Of a stretch of DNA of 17,799 nucleotides, positions 1-8,061 are shown one piece after another. Position 1 is the first letter of the stretch, and each line of letters starts with the position of its first letter. The notes beneath the pieces were generated by a model, which saw only the letters and a program-made list of their open reading frames with translations, did no database searches and was not told where the DNA came from. The stretch comes from a virus. The stretch is taken from UHGV virus genome UHGV-1847153; one strand, given 5' to 3'. The position numbers were made by a program, and so were the translations under genes.

Positions 1-47
1 CTACACAGAGTAGATCGTCGGCAGCGTCAGATGTGTATAAGAGACAG
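1..47. other. Synthetic Illumina Nextera library adapter (P5 tail CTACAC + i5 index AGAGTAGA + read-1 adapter TCGTCGGCAGCGTC + Tn5 mosaic end AGATGTGTATAAGAGACAG); not genomic
   Basis: Exact string match: 1-6 CTACAC, 7-14 AGAGTAGA (recalled as Nextera i5 index N504/S504), 15-47 TCGTCGGCAGCGTCAGATGTGTATAAGAGACAG. The ORF-track Met at 31 lies inside this adapter. Confidence 0.9.
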
Positions 48-48
48 G

Positions 49-831
49 ATATCGAGAATGCCGAAGACGAAGCGCCGCCAGGCATCGGCGAACTTGGCGA
101 CAAACCGCCAGAGTCGCCAGGCGGAGATCCGATATCGAACGAGCCTACGGCAGATAGCGCGGGCGGTCGGGGATATCGTAAATGGGCGCTACGATGGTTC
201 AAACGATAGCGTCACCGAAATAATGGATGCGCTGGAGCGCTACAGCGAAATCATCACCCCCTGGGCGACGAAGGTAGCTGAGAACTTCACCGCAGACATA
301 GCGCGCCAGAATGAAAAGCAGTGGCGTCAGCACAGCCGGAACATCAGTGCAGAGCTGCGCAACATGGTTGACCGCGCCCCAGTAGGTCAGGTGATGAAAT
401 CCATCGTTGCCGAGCAAATTAAGTACATTAAATCGCTCCCTCTTGAGGCCGCCGATCGGGTGTATGACATTCAGAACAAGGCCATCGAGGCTGTAGTAAC
501 TGGTGGCCGCGCTGAGCCATTCGCGAAAGAGATAGCTGCTTCCGGTGACGTGTCACGCTCACGAGCGAACCTTATCGCCCGGACTGAGCTTGGGCGCGCA
601 ACCGGTGCACTGGATCAGGCGCGTGCGCTGTCAATCGGCTCGAATGGTTATATCTGGCGTACAGCCGAAGATGGCGACGTCCGGCATTCTCATCGAGAGA
701 TGGAAGGGAAGTTTGTCGAATGGGGCCGACCTCCAACGCTTGACGGCATGACCGGTCACGCTGGCGAGCTCCCGAACTGCCGCTGTTACAAAGAAATCGT
801 CTTCCCCAACCCTCATTCTTATCTCGCCTGA
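49..831 (+). CDS. Phage head morphogenesis protein, Mu F-like / SPP1 gp7 family; 5' end not defined (contig edge)
   Basis: C-terminal region has the motif pattern I recall for the Mu F domain (SRANLIARTELGRA...GYIWRTAEDGDVRHSHREMEGKFVEW). The frame is open from the adapter into the gene; the first in-frame ATG in genuine sequence is at 58. Stop TGA 829-831. Position immediately upstream of scaffold/capsid genes. Confidence 0.6.
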   Translation: MSRMPKTKRRQASANLATNRQSRQAEIRYRTSLRQIARAVGDIVNGRYDGSNDSVTEIMDALERYSEIITPWATKVAENFTADIARQNEKQWRQHSRNISAELRNMVDRAPVGQVMKSIVAEQIKYIKSLPLEAADRVYDIQNKAIEAVVTGGRAEPFAKEIAASGDVSRSRANLIARTELGRATGALDQARALSIGSNGYIWRTAEDGDVRHSHREMEGKFVEWGRPPTLDGMTGHAGELPNCRCYKEIVFPNPHSYLA

Positions 832-845
832 ATCGCAGGTAAACC

Positions 846-2066
846 ATGAAATATTTTTTCAATACCCGGCTGGGGGAAACCCGTTATCAGCTGGCTGACG
901 GCTCGCTGCTGTGCAAAGACGTGCCGATAGGACGAACAGGTAAGCAGCTCTATGGTGCTGATGACCTGCCAAAACTGAAACCCGATAAGTTCGGTGAAAT
1001 AGTCGTAACGCGCTCTCCTGAGCAGGTATTCCATCCGGCCACGCTCGCCTCATTCGAAGGGATGAGCATCACGATCCTGCATCCTGAAGATGAAAACGGA
1101 AATGTGCGGCTGGTCAACCCCGAGAACTGGAAAGAGCTTGCGGTCGGGCATCTTCAGAACGTTCGGCGCGGGACTGGTGATCAGTCTGATTTGATGCTGG
1201 CTGACCTTATCGTCAAAGACGAAAACGCCATTCAGCTTATCGAAGATGGCCTGCGTGAAGTGTCGTGCGGCTATGACGCGGAGTACGAGCAGACCGAGCC
1301 AGGTAAAGCCGAGCAGGTCGATATTACCGGAAACCATGTGGCTCTTGTCCCCAAAGGCAGAGCCGGAAATCGTTGTGCAATTGGAGACAGAGACACAATG
1401 GCAAATCAAAAGAAAAGCTGGTGGACCCGCATGCGCACGGCCATCAAAACGGGTGACGCTGACACCATGAACGAACTGCTGGACTCTGCGCCAGCGGCGG
1501 TAACGGGTGACGAAGGGGATCTGCCGAGCGGCGTTAACCTCAACATTAACCTTTCACCGCAGCAACCATTGCCGGACAAAAAGCCGGAAATGGGCGGAGA
1601 GCCAACCGGCGACGGCGAGGACGATATCAAAACCTTGCTCAAAGCCCTGCTGGCTAAGCTTGAAGGAACTGCGACGGGCGATAACGACAATAAGCCTGAC
1701 GATAATCCGACCGGTGACGGCGAGGACGATGAAGAAGAAACCACGATTACTGGTGACGCTGCTTATCGTGCCGAAGTTATCGTCCCGGGTATCGATCTGA
1801 GCCGTAAGGTGAAACCGACCGCGTTCAAACGTGATGTGCTGTCCGCCGCTGACAAAACACTGGTTCGCCAGGTTGTCGGTGATGCAGATATCCGCAAATT
1901 GCCCAAGCAATCGGTAGATATGGCGTTTAACGCCGTGTCAGAGATTGCCAAAGGGCGAAACACCCGCAGCACCACGGGCGATGCACAACGTCCAAATATG
2001 GGCATGACCAGCATCGCTTCCCTGAACAAACAAAACGCCGACTTCTGGTCTAACCGCAAAGGATAA
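846..2066 (+). CDS. Putative scaffolding / prohead protease-like protein with acidic repeat linker
   Basis: RBS AGGT 837-840 before ATG 846. Position between head morphogenesis and capsid genes. Central acidic low-complexity region with duplicated PTGDGEDD. Family (DUF2213-like) recalled, not verified. Confidence 0.5.
   Translation: MKYFFNTRLGETRYQLADGSLLCKDVPIGRTGKQLYGADDLPKLKPDKFGEIVVTRSPEQVFHPATLASFEGMSITILHPEDENGNVRLVNPENWKELAVGHLQNVRRGTGDQSDLMLADLIVKDENAIQLIEDGLREVSCGYDAEYEQTEPGKAEQVDITGNHVALVPKGRAGNRCAIGDRDTMANQKKSWWTRMRTAIKTGDADTMNELLDSAPAAVTGDEGDLPSGVNLNINLSPQQPLPDKKPEMGGEPTGDGEDDIKTLLKALLAKLEGTATGDNDNKPDDNPTGDGEDDEEETTITGDAAYRAEVIVPGIDLSRKVKPTAFKRDVLSAADKTLVRQVVGDADIRKLPKQSVDMAFNAVSEIAKGRNTRSTTGDAQRPNMGMTSIASLNKQNADFWSNRKG
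1606..1730 (+). repeat. In-frame 20-bp direct repeat (CCGGCGACGGCGAGGACGAT at 1606-1625, CCGGTGACGGCGAGGACGAT at 1711-1730, 1 mismatch, 105 bp apart) encoding duplicated PTGDGEDD
   Basis: Read directly from the sequence. Confidence 0.7.
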
Positions 2067-2070
2067 TCCA

Positions 2071-2574
2071 ATGACTGCATATCTGTTCCGGATGCCTGTT
2101 GGCATTGGCGGGGCTATCTCTCGCCCGCAGGACTTAACCGTCGAACCGGTGATCCTTAAATCCGCTAACGCCTTCGCTGCCTATGGTCTGGCTGGCAAAT
2201 ATGACGCTGACGGCTTTTTCGTGCCGCTGGCGGACGGTGACACCGCCGACAAGGTGAAGGGGATCTACGTTCGTCCGTATCCGACCACATCGCAGCCAGA
2301 CATGGTTCGCCAGGTGGGGACGGATAAGAACTTCCCGGGTGACGCCATGAAGCGTGGCTACATGACCGTTAATCTCGGTTCTGATTTTGATGCCAGCACC
2401 ATCAAAAAAGGCGACCCGGTATACGTTGTCGTCTCCACTGATGAATCCATCAAAGTGCCGCTGGGCGGCTTCATGTCCACGTCCGTCAGTGGCAAAAACG
2501 TGGCGCTGACCAACGCCGAATTCACAGGGGCCGGTGACGCTAACGGCAATGCAGAAATCTCCTGGAAGATTTAA
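2071..2574 (+). CDS. Phage structural protein (head-associated, possibly decoration; DUF2190-like by recollection)
   Basis: RBS AAAGGA 2058-2063 before ATG 2071. Lies between scaffold-like and major capsid genes. No motif verified. Confidence 0.45.
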   Translation: MTAYLFRMPVGIGGAISRPQDLTVEPVILKSANAFAAYGLAGKYDADGFFVPLADGDTADKVKGIYVRPYPTTSQPDMVRQVGTDKNFPGDAMKRGYMTVNLGSDFDASTIKKGDPVYVVVSTDESIKVPLGGFMSTSVSGKNVALTNAEFTGAGDANGNAEISWKI

Positions 2575-2585
2575 GGAACAGACGA

Positions 2586-3527
2586 ATGATTACTTTTGAT
2601 CAGGCAACCGTTGATAGCTCTGGTGCCTTTCTCATCGGGGAGCTGGAGCGACTCGACCAGACGCTGAACCTGCCGCTGGTGGGTTACACCTGGACCCGCG
2701 ATATTCAGCTGCGTGAAGACGTTTCTATCGCAGATGACATTTCCAGCTGGACTAACACCAGTTTTGGCGCTGCTGGTACTGGCGCAAATCCGAATGGTAA
2801 AAACTGGGTAGGCAAAGACTCCACCGCTATTGCTGGCGTGAACGTGGATATCAGCAAAGACGGCAATCCACTGAACCTCTGGGGCATGGAACTGGGCTGG
2901 ACCGTTGTAGAGCTGGCAGCAGCTCAGCAGGTAGGTCGCCCGATTGATACCCAGAAGTACGACGGGATGCAGCTCAAATGGCAGATGGACAACGACGAGC
3001 AGGTTTACATCGGCGATGATGCGCTCGGCCTGAAAGGGCTGGCAAACCTTGTCGGTGTGACGCTGAACAATGCGCCGAAGACCTGGGCGAACTCCACCAA
3101 CGACGAGATCCTCGATAGCGTGAACAGCATTCTGTCGAATGCCTGGGCAGCATCCGGTTATTCCATCGTGCCTTCTGATCTGCGCATTCCGCCAGAGCAG
3201 TATTCACTGCTGGCGAGCCGTAAGGTTTCCGAAGCGGGTAACCAGTCACTGCTGACCTATCTGGCCGTGAACACTATCGCTTTCCACCAGAACGGCGTTC
3301 CGCTGGAAATCAAAGCGGTCAAATGGCTGAAAGGGCGCGGAGTTGGCGGTAAAGACCGTATGATCGCCTACACCAACGACAAGAAATACGTGCGCTATCC
3401 GCTGGTGCCGTTGCAGAGCGTTCCTGTCCAGTATCGCGGTCTGTACCAGATTGCGACCTACTACGGCAAGCTCGGTGCGGTTGAGCCAGTGTACAAAGAA
3501 ACCCTGTCCTACGTGGACGGTATCTGA
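2586..3527 (+). CDS. Major capsid protein (Mu gpT-like by position and size)
   Basis: RBS AAGGA 2574-2578 before ATG 2586. 313 aa, follows scaffold/decoration genes, followed by a strong GC hairpin, as is common after highly expressed capsid genes. Confidence 0.6.
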   Translation: MITFDQATVDSSGAFLIGELERLDQTLNLPLVGYTWTRDIQLREDVSIADDISSWTNTSFGAAGTGANPNGKNWVGKDSTAIAGVNVDISKDGNPLNLWGMELGWTVVELAAAQQVGRPIDTQKYDGMQLKWQMDNDEQVYIGDDALGLKGLANLVGVTLNNAPKTWANSTNDEILDSVNSILSNAWAASGYSIVPSDLRIPPEQYSLLASRKVSEAGNQSLLTYLAVNTIAFHQNGVPLEIKAVKWLKGRGVGGKDRMIAYTNDKKYVRYPLVPLQSVPVQYRGLYQIATYYGKLGAVEPVYKETLSYVDGI

Positions 3528-3537
3528 TAACCAGAAC

Positions 3538-3553
3538 GGCCCCGAAAGGGGCC
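3538..3553 (+). other. Perfect 6-bp GC stem with GAAA tetraloop (GGCCCC GAAA GGGGCC) just after the major capsid stop; possible mRNA stabiliser or partial attenuator (no U-tract)
   Basis: Read directly from the sequence; 11 nt after the capsid gene's TGA and 15 nt before the next ATG. Confidence 0.4.
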
Positions 3554-3568
3554 AGAAGGGAACTGAAA

Positions 3569-3958
3569 ATGGCGAAAGAAAAGCTGGTTACCATCCATGT
3601 TCACACCCCGTTTACGCTGACGCTCGGCGATCAGTCAAAAAGGGAGTTTGGCCGGGGACGGCATAACGTACCGGAAGAGGTCGCGTCGCACTGGTTCACC
3701 CTGGCGCACTCCGAGCTTTCCGAAAGCGTGATTAGCGACACCAATGATCTGCAACCCGTTATCGACAGCCTGCAAGCGCAGATTGCCGACAAAGATAAGC
3801 AGATTGTCGATAAAGATCAGCTGATTGCCGACCTGAAAGAAGCGCTGCTCAAGCTGCAAGAGCAGAACGACAGCCTGCAAGCGCAGATTGCTGCCGCCCA
3901 GACTGGCGGTAATGGGGCGAAAGATGCCAAAGAATCAAAGCCTGCCAACAGTAAGTGA
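3569..3958 (+). CDS. Hypothetical coiled-coil head protein with internal duplication
   Basis: RBS AGAAGGG 3554-3560 before ATG 3569. C-terminal heptad-like region ([46 protein letters not shown]). Confidence 0.5.
   Translation: MAKEKLVTIHVHTPFTLTLGDQSKREFGRGRHNVPEEVASHWFTLAHSELSESVISDTNDLQPVIDSLQAQIADKDKQIVDKDQLIADLKEALLKLQEQNDSLQAQIAAAQTGGNGAKDAKESKPANSK
3763..3891 (+). repeat. Perfect 24-bp direct repeat CGACAGCCTGCAAGCGCAGATTGC at 3763-3786 and 3868-3891 (105 bp apart, in frame, encoding DSLQAQIA twice)
   Basis: Read directly from the sequence. Confidence 0.8.
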
Positions 3959-4331
3959 TTTTCGCCGCGACTTCCCGCAGTTTGCTGACCCTGCCAAATA
4001 TCCAGAAGCACAAATCCAGTTTCGTCTGAATCTGGCCGATGTGCTGCTGAGCGAAAACGCCACCGGCAAAGAGTTGTTTCCGTATTTTGCCGAGTTGTTC
4101 GTGGCTCACTACATGACGCTATGGGCGGCAGATAGCCGGGCAATGCTCGTCGGCGGCCCGGGTGGCTCAACCAATGGTGTTCAGTCCTCCAAGTCCGTTG
4201 ACAAGGTAAGCGTCAGCTATGACACCAGCGCGACGCTAAACCCTGACGCAGGCTTCTGGAATAACACCCGATATGGCGCTGAATTTTATCAGCTGATCAC
4301 GATGTTCGGTGCGGGCGGTCGCCAGCTATGA
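3924..4331 (+). CDS. Head-tail connector / neck protein (DUF4054-like by recollection); start ambiguous (ATG 3888, 3912 or 3924)
   Basis: ORF frame overlaps the 3' end of the preceding gene. [12 protein letters not shown] resembles the N-terminal pattern I recall for this family. Stop TGA 4329-4331 overlaps the next ATG (ATGA). Confidence 0.45.
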   Translation: MPKNQSLPTVSDFRRDFPQFADPAKYPEAQIQFRLNLADVLLSENATGKELFPYFAELFVAHYMTLWAADSRAMLVGGPGGSTNGVQSSKSVDKVSVSYDTSATLNPDAGFWNNTRYGAEFYQLITMFGAGGRQL

Positions 4332-4915
4332 GTTTCAAAAGCGGTGTAACAACGAGGGTGGATAACGCTCAGGCCATTCTGGATGCGCTCAGGTCGCTAA
4401 CCAAAAAGGATGTGCTGGTCGGCATCCCTTCGGAAGACAGCGAGCGTGAAGATGTTCCGTTTGGTAATGCGGGGATCGGCTACGTCAATGAATACGGCTC
4501 ACCGGCGCAAAATATCCCCCCACGCCCGCACCTGATCCCCGGCGTTAAATCGGTAGAGGAACAGACAGTGCCGCAGCTTAAAGCAGCGGCGCAGGCTGCG
4601 CTTGATGGTAATGCGGCGGGTGCAGAAAGAGCGCTAAACCGCGCCGGAACGCTGGCCGCGAATGGCGTCAGGCGTTACATGACTATTACCGGCTTTACAC
4701 CGCTTGCTGATAGCACCGTTGAAGCCCGCGCGCGTCGAGGTCGCAAAGGGGCGAAAGCTGAGTTAGCACGCAGATCGGCAGACGGAAAGCTTAATGCTAT
4801 CAACCCAGATTCTGGTCAATTGATAAGCAATGAGAATGTAAGGCCGTTGATTGATACCGGACAATACCGCAGAGCCATTACCCATGTTGTGAGGGATAAA
4901 GATGCCGACTCTTGA
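4328..4915 (+). CDS. Putative virion morphogenesis / head-tail joining protein
   Basis: ATGA overlap with the upstream gene. Motifs IPPRPHL and LIDTGQYRR resemble those recalled for tail-completion / head-tail joining proteins. Not verified. Confidence 0.45.
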   Translation: MSFKSGVTTRVDNAQAILDALRSLTKKDVLVGIPSEDSEREDVPFGNAGIGYVNEYGSPAQNIPPRPHLIPGVKSVEEQTVPQLKAAAQAALDGNAAGAERALNRAGTLAANGVRRYMTITGFTPLADSTVEARARRGRKGAKAELARRSADGKLNAINPDSGQLISNENVRPLIDTGQYRRAITHVVRDKDADS

Positions 4916-5291
4916 TGTAACAGACGTGCTTTTTGACCCCGATTTTTGCGACTTCAACCTGTGGGTAACGCGTCGCGCGCAAACGGTGGACGAGGACGGG
5001 ATCGGCAGCGACAGCGAAGTTAAAACGCAGTTTGCCGGGGTTGTTACTGTTGACCGCTCCCTGGAAAACCGCCGTATGCAGTCCGGGCAAGTAATCAGTG
5101 GCGCGATTCTCATCGTGACAACTGAGCGGCTGACGCAGGGGCAGACTGGCCGTGATGCCGATATCGTGACGTATCAGAACCGTGATTATCGTGTGACATT
5201 CGTCGACCCGTACACGGCTTACGGTGCTGGCTTTGTCCAGGCGCATTGTGAATTACTGCCGTTTGATGGGGGAACTCCCGTTGAGCAATAA
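4902..5291 (+). CDS. Hypothetical neck / tail-completion protein
   Basis: RBS GAGGGA 4891-4896 before ATG 4902; 14-nt overlap with the upstream gene; position in the neck module. Confidence 0.45.
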   Translation: MPTLDVTDVLFDPDFCDFNLWVTRRAQTVDEDGIGSDSEVKTQFAGVVTVDRSLENRRMQSGQVISGAILIVTTERLTQGQTGRDADIVTYQNRDYRVTFVDPYTAYGAGFVQAHCELLPFDGGTPVEQ

Positions 5292-5829
5292 CACCAGCAC
5301 AGAGCGCGGCTGGCTGACACCCACCAGCGGCGATCCTGATTATGACGAAGCGCTCGACAGGCTGCTAAGCCGATGGATGCGCAATGTTTCCGGCTTGCCT
5401 GCGGGGATGGTTCGCCCGCGCTGGCAGAAAGAACAGCCATCACTACCGTCAGTTGAAACGAACTGGTGTGCGTTCGGCGTTACCGGGTGGCCCATTGATA
5501 ACAGTCCTGCATTCACCAATCAGACCGACGAGGGCGCTCAGCTCTGGCGGCATGAAACGTTCGAGTGCATGGCGTCGTTCTATGGCCCGGCTGGTATGTC
5601 TTATGCGTCCCGTTTTCGCGATGGCATATCTGTCCCGCAAAACAATGCTGAGCTGAACGCGCTTGGTTTGTCTCTGGGCGACTATACCGGTCTGACCCCT
5701 TTCCCCGAACTTATCAACCAGCAATGGGTTCGCCGCTACGACATGACGGTGCGCCTGCGCCGGAAGGTCGTGCGCGAGTACGGCATTAAATCGCTGGTGG
5801 AAGCGCCAGTCACCTTTTTTGGAGAATAA
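5266..5829 (+). CDS. Hypothetical phage protein (possible tail terminator / sheath-associated); start uncertain (ATG 5266 or TTG 5281 after GGGGGAA)
   Basis: Long ORF in a frame overlapping the upstream gene. Ends TAA 5827-5829 directly before the sheath gene's RBS. Confidence 0.4.
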   Translation: MGELPLSNNTSTERGWLTPTSGDPDYDEALDRLLSRWMRNVSGLPAGMVRPRWQKEQPSLPSVETNWCAFGVTGWPIDNSPAFTNQTDEGAQLWRHETFECMASFYGPAGMSYASRFRDGISVPQNNAELNALGLSLGDYTGLTPFPELINQQWVRRYDMTVRLRRKVVREYGIKSLVEAPVTFFGE

Positions 5830-5832
5830 ACT

Positions 5833-6993
5833 ATGACGCAGGGCTTACCTGTATCCAACGTTGTAAACGTTGATGTGATCATCTCGCCGAAAGCGGCTAC
5901 TGGTCGTAACTTCGGCGCACTGCTGATCCTCGGTTCTTCCACTGTCATTCCGGTGCAGGAGCGCGTTCGCCTTTATGCGTCCGTTGATGACATTGGCGAG
6001 GACTTCGGAGTCGACAGCCCGGAATATGAAGCGGCGCAGGTTTTCTTCAGCCAGTCGCCGAAGCCGACGCAGGTTTATGTTGGCCGCTGGGCGAAGACGC
6101 TGACCTCTTCCGAAGGTGGAAGCGTGGAAACCATCGTGCAAGCTGTTAATGCCTGCCTGCAGTATACCAACTGGTATGGGCTGGTTGTCGCTGATGATGT
6201 TGCTGATGGCGATGATGTGCTTGATGCTGACGACGTGATTGAGGTTGCTAAACTCATCGAAGCGTCCAGCCTGAGCCGCATTTTCGGGGTAACGTCAGCC
6301 GACGCTGAGATCATCAGCACGACTTCGACGACCGATGTTGCGTCTAAATTAAAGGCCGGTAAGTATTCCCGTACCTTTATTCAATATTCCACCAGCAGCC
6401 CTTATGCGGCGGTTTCAGCTTTCGGTCGCGCGTTTACTGTCAATTTCAACGGCAGCAATACCACCATTACCCTGAAATTCAAACAGGAACCGAGCGTAAC
6501 CTACGAAACGCTGACGGTAGGACAGGCGGCGGCTGTGGATGCGAAGAATGCGAACGTGTTCGTGTACTACGCCAACGACACGGCGATCCTGCAACAGGGT
6601 GTCATGGCGAACGGTGACTTCTTCGACGAGCGCCACGGGCTCGACTGGTTGCAGAACTACGTTCAGACCAACCTCTATAACCTGCTTTACACCAGCACCA
6701 CCAAAATTCCGCAGACTGATGCCGGTGTGACCCGTCTGCTTTCCAACGTTGAACAGTCCATGGATCAGTCCGTCACGAACGGTCTGGTAGCGGCTGGCGT
6801 GTGGAATGGTGGCCCTATCGGACAGCTGAATTCCGGCGATACGCTGACCAAAGGCTATTACGTGTATGCGCAACCGCTGTCCGAACAGGCGCAGGCCGAC
6901 CGCGAAGCGCGCAAAGCACCGTTAATTCAGGTGGCCTGTAAGCTGGCTGGCGCAGTTCATTATGCCGATGTTCAGATCAACGTGGTTCGCTAA
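5833..6993 (+). CDS. Tail sheath protein (DUF3383-like by recollection)
   Basis: RBS GGAGAA 5821-5826 before ATG 5833. 386 aa, immediately upstream of tube and chaperone genes, in a module that also has baseplate J/V/W/I-like genes (contractile tail). Confidence 0.6.
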   Translation: MTQGLPVSNVVNVDVIISPKAATGRNFGALLILGSSTVIPVQERVRLYASVDDIGEDFGVDSPEYEAAQVFFSQSPKPTQVYVGRWAKTLTSSEGGSVETIVQAVNACLQYTNWYGLVVADDVADGDDVLDADDVIEVAKLIEASSLSRIFGVTSADAEIISTTSTTDVASKLKAGKYSRTFIQYSTSSPYAAVSAFGRAFTVNFNGSNTTITLKFKQEPSVTYETLTVGQAAAVDAKNANVFVYYANDTAILQQGVMANGDFFDERHGLDWLQNYVQTNLYNLLYTSTTKIPQTDAGVTRLLSNVEQSMDQSVTNGLVAAGVWNGGPIGQLNSGDTLTKGYYVYAQPLSEQAQADREARKAPLIQVACKLAGAVHYADVQINVVR

Positions 6994-7003
6994 GGAGCGA
7001 TAA

Positions 7004-7444
7004 ATGGCAACTTATTCTTTTCTCGATGTAACCGCGTCGCTCACCGGGCCGACCGGCGTTATCGATCTTGGTCAGGGTTCTGCGAACTCTGAGGAAGGTA
7101 TCACCCAGACCATGGGCGGCAACAAGAACACCATGACCATCGGTGCCGATGGCGAAGTGATGCACAGCCTGCACGCCGATAAGTCAGGCACCATTACGGT
7201 GACGCTGCTGAAAACCTCCCCGGTGAACAAGAAGCTGTCTCTGGCGTATAACGCGCAAAGCCAGTCCTCTGCCACCTGGGGAAATAACGTGATCGTCATT
7301 CGCAACACGGCATCGGGTGATATTTCTACTGCGCGTTCGTGTGCATTCCAGAAACAGCCTGATTTCAATAACGCCAAAGAGGGCGGAACCGTAGCCTGGG
7401 TATTCGATTGCGGCAAGATTGACCAGCTGCTCGGGGAGTTTTAA
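7004..7444 (+). CDS. Tail tube protein (DUF3277-like by recollection)
   Basis: RBS AAGGAG 6992-6997 before ATG 7004. 146 aa, between sheath and chaperone genes. Confidence 0.6.
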   Translation: MATYSFLDVTASLTGPTGVIDLGQGSANSEEGITQTMGGNKNTMTIGADGEVMHSLHADKSGTITVTLLKTSPVNKKLSLAYNAQSQSSATWGNNVIVIRNTASGDISTARSCAFQKQPDFNNAKEGGTVAWVFDCGKIDQLLGEF

Positions 7445-7447
7445 CGC

Positions 7448-7873
7448 ATGGAATTCGAAATTAAAGGCGTGAAATATCGCACCGCAAAGCTCAGCGTTTT
7501 CGAACAGCTGAAGGTGTCCCGAAAGCTGTTGCCGGTGCTGGCCGGGATGGTTTCTGACTTCCGGAGCATTCAGGAGAAGATCAGCAGCAAAGACACCGAA
7601 GGCGCGATGGCTACCATCCTGCCAAAGATTGCCAATGCTGTGTCCGATCTGAGTGATGGCGACGTGGACGCTATCCTGTTCCCCTGTCTTTCCGTTGTTT
7701 CACGCGAGCACATGAAAGGCTGGGTGCCGGTCTGCCAGCATGGCGAAATGGCGTTTGACGATATCGACCTGCTTACCATGCTGCAACTGGTGGCGCGGGT
7801 GGTCGCCGACTCGCTGGGAAATTTTTTGCAAGGACTCCCTACCAGCGAGACGCCCACCCCGCTAGCGGAATAA
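7448..7873 (+). CDS. Tail assembly chaperone (zero-frame product, lambda G analogue)
   Basis: RBS GGGGAG 7433-7438 before ATG 7448. Directly upstream of the tape measure gene. Contains a slippery run near its 3' end with an open -1 frame extension. Confidence 0.6.
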   Translation: MEFEIKGVKYRTAKLSVFEQLKVSRKLLPVLAGMVSDFRSIQEKISSKDTEGAMATILPKIANAVSDLSDGDVDAILFPCLSVVSREHMKGWVPVCQHGEMAFDDIDLLTMLQLVARVVADSLGNFLQGLPTSETPTPLAE

Positions 7874-8061
7874 CCTTCAACAGCCTGCCGGGCGGTGAAG
7901 ATTTTATTCTTCGCCCGGCGCTTGCCTTCCATATTGACCAGAAAGACCTTAACAGCGGTGCGGTAGACCTTTGCCGCATCGCGCTTCTCAATGACTACCT
8001 CGACATGCGCGAGGATAACGACGCCCGGGTAGATAAATGGAGAGCGGCCAATGAGCGGTAA
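7448..8061 (+). CDS. Tail assembly chaperone -1 frameshift fusion product (lambda G-T analogue); joins zero frame 7448 to about 7822 with the -1 frame to 8061
   Basis: The -1 frame downstream of the slippery run is open for about 80 codons (...KFFARTPYQRDAHPASGITFNSLPGGEDFILRPALAFHIDQKDLNSGAVDLCRIALLNDYLDMREDNDARVDKWRAANER) and ends 10 nt inside the tape measure gene. The chaperone frameshift upstream of the tape measure gene is a conserved feature of long-tailed phages. Confidence 0.5.
7816..7828 (+). other. Candidate -1 programmed ribosomal frameshift site: GGGAAATTTTTTG, overlapping slippery heptamers G_GGA_AAT, A_AAT_TTT, T_TTT_TTG in the chaperone zero frame
   Basis: Zero-frame codons CTG GGA AAT TTT TTG read directly. 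The -1 frame is open from 7759 to the TAA at 8059-8061. Confidence 0.5.

Noticed and set aside
31-57. ORF-track start codon at 31 for the first protein (MCIRDRIS...)
   Set aside because: Lies within the Nextera adapter (1-47), so the first residues are translated synthetic sequence; the true N-terminus is off-contig or at ATG 58.
1406-1744. 112-aa Ser/Pro-rich minus-strand ORF
   Set aside because: Antisense reading of the GAC/GAG-rich acidic repeat of the scaffold-like gene; low-complexity shadow ORF.
6415-6873. 152-aa minus-strand ORF inside the sheath gene, and other embedded ORFs (e.g. 572-862 minus, 13732-14214 minus, 15454-15666 minus, 8205-8405 plus)
   Set aside because: All nested in or antisense to longer, syntenic structural genes, without independent signals; typical spurious ORFs in high-GC phage DNA.
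7887-7919. GC inverted repeat as the stimulatory structure for the chaperone frameshift
   Set aside because: It lies about 59 nt past the slippery run, versus the usual 5-9 nt spacing; kept only as an unexplained hairpin inside the frameshift finding.
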